Origin: Eubacteriales bacterium | GTDB taxonomy: Bacteria; Bacillota; Clostridia; Oscillospirales; CAG-272 | Assembly: GCA_045544195.1 (NCBI GenBank) | Contig: JAZPYO010000022.1 | Coordinates: forward strand, 12,681 to 76,680 | Reading direction: 5' to 3' | Length of the DNA stretch: 64,000 nucleotides | Shown here: piece by piece, positions 21,024-30,000 of the stretch | How positions within the stretch are numbered: the stretch's first letter is position 1 | How the letters are laid out: each line of letters starts with the position of its first letter | Notes under the pieces: generated by a model | Told to the model about the DNA's origin: nothing | Database searches by the model: none | Seen by the model: the letters and a program-made list of their open reading frames with translations, nothing else | Position numbers and translations under genes: made by a program

Positions 21024-22667
21024 TTATTCTCCTTTGAACATGTTCGCATATTGCTCAACAGTCCTTTGCAGCTTCTCGAGTGTTCCGTTATTTTCTATAC
21101 AATAAGTACACTTGTTTCTGAAATACTCTGTTGTATGCTGATTTGAAAGCCTTTCAATTGCCTGTTGCTCCGTTAAAGCATCTCTGAGCATAATTCGCTG
21201 AAGCTGCTTTTCAAAATCCGAAATTACAGCTATCGTAATGTCACATTCGTCGTCAAATCCGCTTTCAAACAACTGCGGCGCATCAATTATTGCACATTTG
21301 AAGCCGTTCATTTCATATTGAAAAAGCAATTCCCTCGTTTTTTTAAGTATATGCCTGTGAGTTATCTTATTAAGACATTCAAGATATGTTCTGTCATTTG
21401 AAGAAAATACTTTTTTTGCAAGTATTTTTCGGTTTATCTTACCGTTTTCTATTATGTCAGCACCGAATTCTTCTACGATTTCCTGTGTCATTTCAGTGCA
21501 GCTTTCAAGCAGCTCGTGATATACAGCATCTGTATCAACTGACGGTATACCGCACTTTTCAAAAAACTCGCATACTGCACCTTTGCCTGACCCGCTTTGA
21601 CCTGTTAAGCCTATGACTGTAAATCCGTCGGCATTTATAATATTGAAGCCTGCCGCACGGATAAGACGGTTAAGGACCGCAAGCCCCACTCCGTCTGTAT
21701 CGGGTATCACGGAATACACGTTCTTTGCCGTGCTTTTATTAAAATCACGCAAGTATCCAAACAAAACATTTGCCTGTCTTATATGTGAACGCTCAAGATA
21801 CTTTACGTTTTCGCCAAAAAGCATATCCTTTGATGTATCATAGCACAGAATACCGACGGTCTTATCATCACGCAGCCGTCTTTTTAAAAATGCTTCAACA
21901 TTCTTTTCTTCTCCGCTTACAAGATATACCGGAATATCCGGAGCATAATGTCTGTATCTCATTCCGGGCGATTCCGCCTTTTCGCCGTTTTCCAGCTTAT
22001 TCAGCACAGCATCTGACACCTTTACATTTGCACACACCGAAGAAAGCATCTGAACATCTACCGCACCGGGACGCAGCAGATGTATTTCATCATCGGATAT
22101 TTTAATAACAGTTGATTCAAGACCGATCTGGCAGTCCCCGCCGTCTATTATCATATCGACCTTACCGTACAGATCCTCTATAACGTGATCTGCCGATGTC
22201 GGAGAGGGTCTTCCTGATGTGTTAGCGGACGGCGCGGCAATAGCAACACCGCTTTTTTCTATTATTGCCCGCGCGATCTCATTTGACGGTATGCGTATCG
22301 CAACAGTATCAAGCCCTCCTGTGACCTCAGACGGTACAGTATCCTTTTTAGGTAAAATAATTGTTAAAGGTCCGGGGGAAAATGCATCTGTGAGCTTATA
22401 GTACAACTCATTTGTATATGCATATCTTTCTGCATCCGATGCCTTTGAAATATGTATTATCAAAGGGTTGTCTGACGGTCGGCCCTTGGCAGTATATATT
22501 TTTTTGGCACTTTCTGAATTTGTTGCATCGGCGCCGAGACCGTATACTGTTTCTGTTGGAAAAGCAACAAGCCCTCCGCTCCTTATCAGATATGATGCTT
22601 TATCTGTTATGCGGTCGTTAATGTCGGAATATATATCTCCTTTTATTACCGCAAGCTCTGTTTTCAT
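21024..22667 (-). CDS. sua5-coaE: Fusion: Sua5/TsaC2 threonylcarbamoyl-AMP synthase (about aa 1-345) + dephospho-CoA kinase CoaE (about aa 348-547)
   Basis: Sua5: VAFPTETVYGLG, KGRPSDNPLIIH, APSANTSGRPSPT, SPGMRYRHYAP, NRLIRAAG. CoaE: VIGLTGQSGSGK, DTDAVYH, INRKILAKKVF, IIDAPQLFES. One uninterrupted ORF. Confidence 0.9.
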   Translation of the reverse strand: MKTELAVIKGDIYSDINDRITDKASYLIRSGGLVAFPTETVYGLGADATNSESAKKIYTAKGRPSDNPLIIHISKASDAERYAYTNELYYKLTDAFSPGPLTIILPKKDTVPSEVTGGLDTVAIRIPSNEIARAIIEKSGVAIAAPSANTSGRPSPTSADHVIEDLYGKVDMIIDGGDCQIGLESTVIKISDDEIHLLRPGAVDVQMLSSVCANVKVSDAVLNKLENGEKAESPGMRYRHYAPDIPVYLVSGEEKNVEAFLKRRLRDDKTVGILCYDTSKDMLFGENVKYLERSHIRQANVLFGYLRDFNKSTAKNVYSVIPDTDGVGLAVLNRLIRAAGFNIINADGFTVIGLTGQSGSGKGAVCEFFEKCGIPSVDTDAVYHELLESCTEMTQEIVEEFGADIIENGKINRKILAKKVFSSNDRTYLECLNKITHRHILKKTRELLFQYEMNGFKCAIIDAPQLFESGFDDECDITIAVISDFEKQLQRIMLRDALTEQQAIERLSNQHTTEYFRNKCTYCIENNGTLEKLQRTVEQYANMFKGE

Positions 22668-23728
22668 TATGATTTAAGCCTTTCTGCCGTATCAACGTTA
22701 ATAATATAATCTATCATTTCGGAAATATCTCCGTTTAAAAAGCTGTCAAGGGCATAGATAGTGTATCCTACTCTATGGTCGGTAACTCTTCCCTGCGGAT
22801 AATTGTACGTTCTGATGCGCTCGCTTCTGTCACCCGTACCGACCTGACTTTTGCGTTCGCCTGCGATCTTATCGTGCTGCTCCTGTGCTTTCATATCATA
22901 CAGCTTTGTCCGCAAAAGCTTCATAGCTTTATCCTTATTCTTATATTGGCTTCGCTCGTCCTGACACTCTATGATGATACCCGTAGGCTTATGATACAGC
23001 CTTATTGCAGATTCTGTCTTGTTTACGTGCTGACCGCCTGCACCGCTGCTTTTGCACGTTTCAAATTTTATATCAGCGGGATTTATTTCTACCTCTACGT
23101 CCTCCGCCTCAGGCAAAACGGCGACCGTTACAGTCGATGTGTGTATTCTTCCCTGAGCCTCTGTTTCAGGTACTCTTTGAACTCTGTGAACACCTGATTC
23201 GAATTTCAGCTTTGAATACGCACCGTCACCGATAACCGTAAAGGAAACCTCCTTAAATCCGCCAAGTCCCGTTTCGTTAACGCTTAAAAGCTCGGTCTTC
23301 CAGCCAACCGACTCGGCATACATTGTATACATACGGTATAAAACGTATGAAAACAGAGCCGCCTCATCGCCGCCCGCGCCTGCACGTATCTCAATTACCA
23401 CATTTTTATCATCGTTTTCATCACGCGGCAAAAGCAGTATCTTCAATTCTTCAAGACACCGTTCAATGCCAAGCCTTGCAGCCTGCAATTCATCACTTGC
23501 AAGAGCACGCATTTCCTCATCAGGCTTATCGCCCAACAGCTCCTCCGCATCTGACTGCATTTTAACGTAAGATTTGTACTGCCTGAATTTTTCTATTATG
23601 GGAGCTAAACGCTTGTATTCCTTCATTAATGCTTTGTATTTATCCTGATCGGAAATTACATCGCTATCGGACAAAGACGCTTCTATACCCTCAAATTTTT
23701 CTTCCGCTTCGTTTAATTTATCAAGCAT
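22667..23728 (-). CDS. prfA: Peptide chain release factor 1
   Basis: [26 protein letters not shown] (PxT specificity motif), [20 protein letters not shown]. Confidence 0.98.
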   Translation of the reverse strand: MLDKLNEAEEKFEGIEASLSDSDVISDQDKYKALMKEYKRLAPIIEKFRQYKSYVKMQSDAEELLGDKPDEEMRALASDELQAARLGIERCLEELKILLLPRDENDDKNVVIEIRAGAGGDEAALFSYVLYRMYTMYAESVGWKTELLSVNETGLGGFKEVSFTVIGDGAYSKLKFESGVHRVQRVPETEAQGRIHTSTVTVAVLPEAEDVEVEINPADIKFETCKSSGAGGQHVNKTESAIRLYHKPTGIIIECQDERSQYKNKDKAMKLLRTKLYDMKAQEQHDKIAGERKSQVGTGDRSERIRTYNYPQGRVTDHRVGYTIYALDSFLNGDISEMIDYIINVDTAERLKS

Positions 23729-23927
23729 TGCCGATATTCTCCGAGCTTTCTATTTTTTTTATATTCTTTTCCAATTTGACTCTCGGAACGATAACATCGT
23801 GTCCGCACGTCATGCAAGTTATTTTTATATCTGAGCCTACACGCAGCACCTTGAACATTTTACTGCCGCACGGATGCTGCTTTTTCATTGTAAGCACGTC
23901 GCCTATACTGATTTTTGGTATTTGCAT
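23721..23927 (-). CDS. DUF951-family small protein
   Basis: [41 protein letters not shown] pattern; position next to prfA is typical in Clostridia. Confidence 0.85.
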   Translation of the reverse strand: MQIPKISIGDVLTMKKQHPCGSKMFKVLRVGSDIKITCMTCGHDVIVPRVKLEKNIKKIESSENIGNA

Positions 23928-24014
23928 ATATACCTCTTAAAAAATTTATATCAGTTATTATATCATATACATTATTTTAAATCAATATTATTATTGTAAT
24001 TTTTAAATTAATAA

Positions 24015-24049
24015 GAACGGAGGTATCGGTTTAACCGATATCTCCGTTC
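24015..24049 (-). terminator. Intrinsic terminator after the giant gene
   Basis: GAACGGAGGTATCGGTT / AACCGATATCTCCGTTC long stem 7 nt from the stop codon. Confidence 0.8.
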
Positions 24050-24056
24050 CTTGATC

Positions 24057-27000
24057 TTATTTACCGCTTATTGCTTCATCAATGTAAGCGCCAAGAACTG
24101 TAACTATTTCTACGTTTTCCACAGCCTTAATTCTCACATCTGCACTAACAGCTTCGCTTGCTGTGCCTGTAACGTTGTAAGCAAGCGCTTCAATGACCAT
24201 ATTTGCATCACCACTTGCAACAACATCTACACTCCAGATGCGGCTGCCTGCGGAATTTTCGGTATAAGCTGTTACCTTTACGCCGTTTACTGTTACATAA
24301 TCAGCGTTAGCAGAGGTCGTAAGGACAACGTTTACGCTTTCGCCCGCTTCAGCAACCTTCTTTGATGTATGCATTGTGTATATTTCAGGTGTTTCAATCA
24401 TCTGCAATACCTCAAATGCGCGGTTTGCAGTTGCCTGATTTACCGTAGCACTTGCAGTTGAAACTTCACTTGAATAAGTGGTTTTGAGATTCGTTATTGA
24501 AATAAGGCTTGAGCCTGTATTCTTAATAACGATCGTTGTCATAGACGCAACATCTTCGTCCATGGATATGATCTTCGTAATATCTGTATACGTATCTGTT
24601 GCGGATTTTGTTGATATAACAACTCTATCTGTCATCTTGTTGTTTGCATCGTATCCGTATACTTCTAATGTACCTGCTGTAACACCACCCTTCAGTGCTT
24701 TTACTGCAAGGTGTACTTTCTGAAGCTCCACAGGTGCTGTAAAGTCGAATGCAACAGCCTGATTTGCATCAAGATAAAGCTCGTTGTTAGGACCGTAATG
24801 TGCATAATCCGATACATGATCGCTTGCATCTTCAAGATCAGGGTAAAGCAATTCGGGAACTGACCAGCCAAACTCAAGAGGCAAGAGCTTATTGAGCTTG
24901 ATGCCGCTTGCTGTACTATCAGTCAAGCTTCTTATACCGTCGATAAAGATGGCACCTGATACCTCGGAATTTGCAACGTTAGAATTAAAGTCCTTAGCAG
25001 CGATGAGAAGGTTTCTTATCTCATCATATTTCGGGAATGCTTCAAGATCCTTTGCGTAACTCTGCTGTACAGTATCATTTCCCTTTGCAGGATCGTAAAT
25101 TCTGATAGCATCAAGATAGAAATCGTATTCCTCTTTATCATCGTTATGCGCAAAGATAGGTGCGTAAGATACTGATACGGTTACACTGTACTCACCGTAA
25201 TCAAGACCTGTCATTTTAATTACGGGAACCTGATAAAGAACGTCTGATGTATAAGATTCCGTCCATTTGCTGTCCTCGTACTTATATCCGTAATACGTAT
25301 CAACAATAGATGATCTTACCTGCTTGCCATTTGAATCTTTTACCTGTACGACTATCGTACCCGTATCACTGCTCGTAAGGCTGATAACGTCAAAGCCTGT
25401 TCCTTCGAACGTGAACTCTGCCTTACCGTACAGACCGGGATCTGAGCCGCTGTCTCTCTTAACGGTTATCTTTTGTGCAGAACCGTACGAATACGTCGTG
25501 CAGTTACTGTATGCTTCGTCAGAGCCGTAAATATTGGCTGCAACGTCACCAATTCTGTCATCGTTCTGAGAAGCGTCAGATGTTGCACCTACAGTTACCC
25601 AACCGTCAGCAACTTCACTATTCGGCTTCTTATATTCAAATGCACTGAGTTTAACGAAATCCTTGTCGCTGTCCTCATAGTAGATAGACGTTGCGGGAAT
25701 TACCGTTACATTACCGTAGTAATAGCCGTTTACACCGAGGTCGCCCGTATAATTTGCAACGTATGTAAACGTCTCTACTCCGTCCATTAGCATACTCTTA
25801 AGCTTGTAGCGAACATCGGTTTCATTAATAACAGAAGCGTTACCGTATGAACCTTCGTAGCTTGTTGTGAAGTCATTTTTATCGTAATCTTTGCGGTATT
25901 CCTCTGTATCCTCGGGATTTTCGGGCACTTTATCTGTCGCGCCTACTGCGGTAAGAGTTGCGTTATCGGTAAACAGAATATCGTTTTCCATAACGTCGAT
26001 GTCAACCGGCAGACCGTAGTCAATAACTACGGCGTCAGGTACACAGTCAACAGTTGCAACTATTGCAAAGTATACAATAGTATTCGTATACGAGTAGTCG
26101 CTGTTTGTCTCTGTCAAAGCATTTGAAGATTTTACATTTGAGCTGAACTGCGTTACGTACGTTGACGAAACATCCATATAAGCCCCCTTCTTTATTTCCC
26201 ATCTCTGCGGAATCGAGGGAGAAGATGATGCAAAAACATTATATTCTGCAGCAGAATCATAAAGTGTATATCCTGCAGGAACATACTGTTCCGCCTTAGC
26301 TATCGCTGAAACTGACTCAGAATCGTTAAGAGCAAATTTTACATATTGCGTCTTTTCCTTTCCAAGCGTCTGAGCCATATCAAACGAACCTGTCTGACCT
26401 GTTTTTCTGTTAACGAGAGGCATACCTTCCTTGTTAACGAAGTAGAAATTAACACCTATGTAAGCTTCCTTCCAAGGCAAAGTAGGAGATTCAACCGTTT
26501 TAAAGCACTTATTGCCAAGGTGGTTGATATAATCAAGTCTTGCATATTCGTTTGTATAGTGGATACCGCCGAATGCAGTACCCTCCATAGAGCCTGAAAG
26601 GTAAATGTCATAGCCTAAAACATACTCATCCTCGGGCACATTACCAATCATCCAATAGAATGTTTCAGGCTCATACGTCTCACCGTTTAGCATTACACTC
26701 GTGGTATATGTATTATACCAGACGTTTTTACCCTGTATAATACCGTTTTTCAAAATATTAGTCTTGCCTTCACCAATAAGGTTACTGTAAGCCTGTCTGT
26801 CATTTGCAGTACCTGCGAATGTTATTTCTTCTATAACAGTACCAACATCCGATTTACGTTTACCTACCATATCCTCGGTAACGATAACGCCGTTGATATT
26901 GGTGCCAACCTCCCAATACTTATACAAGGGATATGATGTAATGGTTATCGAAGGAGGAGTAATATTATACGGTTTGTTGTTAACCGTATAGCTTGAATCC

Positions 27001-30000
27001 ATCTGCAGATCAAAGTCAGCACCCATTTTATCGGAAAATACTGCATCACCGGAAGACTGAATTTGACTAGACAGTGCCGAAAATGCTTCTTTAAGTGTAT
27101 CGGCAGCTGCTGCGTCAGTAGCGGAATAGAAGTAAGGTGTGCCTATCAGATATCCGTCTTTGTCATACTGCAAATCACCGTTTGCATCCAGTATAGGATC
27201 AACAGATGCCATTCTTTCAACAACACCGTTAAGAACCTCCGCAGTCATACCCTTATCATATTCAATACCGACAGTAACGGTATACATCGTTGCACCCAGA
27301 CCGTTGACATACTCTATGTGATTTGTAGCATTGCTGTCCGGATCGATTATCTTATATGTCTTTAAAGGATCTCCCTTTATAGCTTCTGCCATCCAATGTC
27401 TTCCCGCGGGGTTGTAGTATTCTTTAAAGAGTTCGAACAAATCGTCTGTAAGAACTATTCCGTTCGGGTCCTTTTTGTCAGCCGTCTTGTGAGTAGAAAA
27501 ATTCTCATGCCACAATGTGTTTTTATTACTGAAAGTACCTGTAGTGACATCATCCAGTGTACCATCGAGAACATATGACCACTTTGCTTTACCGTTTTTG
27601 TCGTGATGTACCCAACCGTTGTTTACTGTCTGTATTGTTGCATTTGAAGATTGTCCGCTATTGGACCATCTTGCACCAAAATAGTTGTACTGGAATGATG
27701 CACCGTCAGACATGAACAGTACTGCCTGATTTCTTTTTTCTCCACGTGCTGCATTTATTGCCTTTTTCTGAGTTAAAAGATCATAGGTGATATCCATCGC
27801 CCTGTCGTAGTTCGTACCGCGGTTGATCCTGAGAACTGAGAAGTTTTCATACTCCTGAGCATTTAAAGGAGTCATTTTTACGATATCTGCTTTGACATTT
27901 GCAATAAAATCTGCAACGGAATCATCGCTGACATCAACAAACTGAAGTCTTACTTTCGATTGGTCTGCTTCATTATAGTATGAATATCCATCATTCCAAT
28001 TCGTATGCACACTCTGCAACGGAGAAAGAATATGTGATGTATCCATATATGTTTGACCGTTGAAGGAAGCTATTGCCACGTCAACATCAGGGATCTTACC
28101 GTTAGTATCGGGAGCTCTGAGGCTTTCCAAAAACTCTACAAGAACCTCTCCGAGAAGCTCTACACGTGTCTTACATTTGGTGGTACAGTTTGTTCCGTTG
28201 CATCCGCTGGCATGCGAAACAACTTCATCCATTGACGTTGAAAAGTCAAGCGTGATAACGATATCAGTACCGTTTGAAAGCGGAATACCGCTCACCGTCA
28301 AGTCGATATGAGATGTACCCGTTCCAAAATAGTCGTACTTCGAGGTGTCAGACGATTTTGTAACGTTCACAGAACCCTGCTCAGGATAATCGGGATAATT
28401 ATCCGTTGTATCAGCAACCTTGAGAGTGAATGATTGGCATATAGTATATTCCTTGCCGTTATGTGTGTACTTTACAGTAACGTTATCATACTCAGCAGCC
28501 GCAGTGGTATCGAGCTCCTCGTCGCTTGAAAGCATGCCGTACGTTATCGGGTAAGAAACTGTAGAAACACTATCAGGGCTATGTGTCGTTATGTTGATCA
28601 TTGCACCTGTTGCAGTATCAGCTGTAGCGTTATAACCAACCGTACCTTCATTTTTATCACTTATCCAGATTATAACACCCGATGTCTGTATACTGCGTTT
28701 TGCGTAGGCGAAAACACGGCCCTCGTATTCTGTACTGTTAAGTCCCGACGGCCATACTCCGTCATGGAATTCAGTCATAAATGTTTCATTTGCATCGTTA
28801 TACGTCAATACATATGTAAAATACCGTGCACCGTCTGTCGTAAAACGATTGATCGCTTCGTCTATTACCGGACTATAATTTTCATGAGTTGTAGGGAGGC
28901 TGGCGTAATAATAAGGGTTGTAGTTTATAGCAGCAAATCCAACATTCGACTGTGAATAATTCCACGCTGCCGCAGGATTTGTATATGTTACGCCCTCTCC
29001 GTTGGTGTTAGGATAACTCTTCAATATAGAATCGTGAATACGTGAAGCACCGCCTACTGTACAATACAGACTCGTATCGTTGTCCAACGGCCATAAACCT
29101 GCAAAAGCTTTATGCTGAAGACTGGTGATAGCAGTTATAAAACGCAATCCTGACAAAGCACTGTCTAACTGATAATATGACGCATTGGGGAGTCGTATAC
29201 CCGACAAATTACTGTATGTACCATTACAAACTTTACTCTCCTTTGAAAAGTTTGATTCCTGTGTTAATCGCCAAAGAAGAGATTGTTGATCGTCAAGCTG
29301 TATGAACGATACACCGTTATATGATTCAACATTAACGGGGAATGCTTTTATGTGATTGTTTCTTCCTTCATAATACTGCATAGCGTAAGCATCGCCGGGG
29401 TCATCTGAGCTTACGATCAAAACTTCCTCAGCAACGGAAGGATCCTCGTTGTATTTTGCAGCTTTAAAGCTATCTACTAATGAATATACTGTATTCTTTC
29501 CGAATGCACGTATAATCTGAGCACATGTATTAGCAGGTCTTACTGTTACATAAACATCGTCTGTGGTTGTAAGAACTGCACCGTCTGAATATGTTGCCGT
29601 TGCAGTTACTCTTATGGATGCACCGCCAACGCCTACACCTTTAACAGTGCCGGCAGAATCAACAGTTGCATAAAGCCTGTCAAGGCTTTCGTAAGAGTAG
29701 GTGACAGTTGCACCGGATACAGTTACTTCTGAACCGATACTGACTTGTTCTCCGACTCTAATAGTTTTATTTGAATCCGTAGTTGTCCATTGAGGCTTTT
29801 CTTTAACCGTAAGTGTCACACCCGTTGCAACTGCAACATCATCGTATATAACCTTATAATTCGAGGCAATAACTCCGGGTTCTGTCAAATTCGAAACATA
29901 TGTTGTTGCCGATGTAAGCATATTCATCGTCACGGGAACAGCGGTAACATTCATACCGCTGGAAACATACATCGTTGCATTAGTTTTGCCTGTAAGGCTA

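Noticed and set aside
29700-29730. SGAT (giant protein) and TGAT (LRR protein, about 52880) as ApbE flavinylation sites
   Set aside because: They lack the FMN-binding domain context (D..[ST]GA[ST]) and fall in Ig-like or LRR strands; likely chance.
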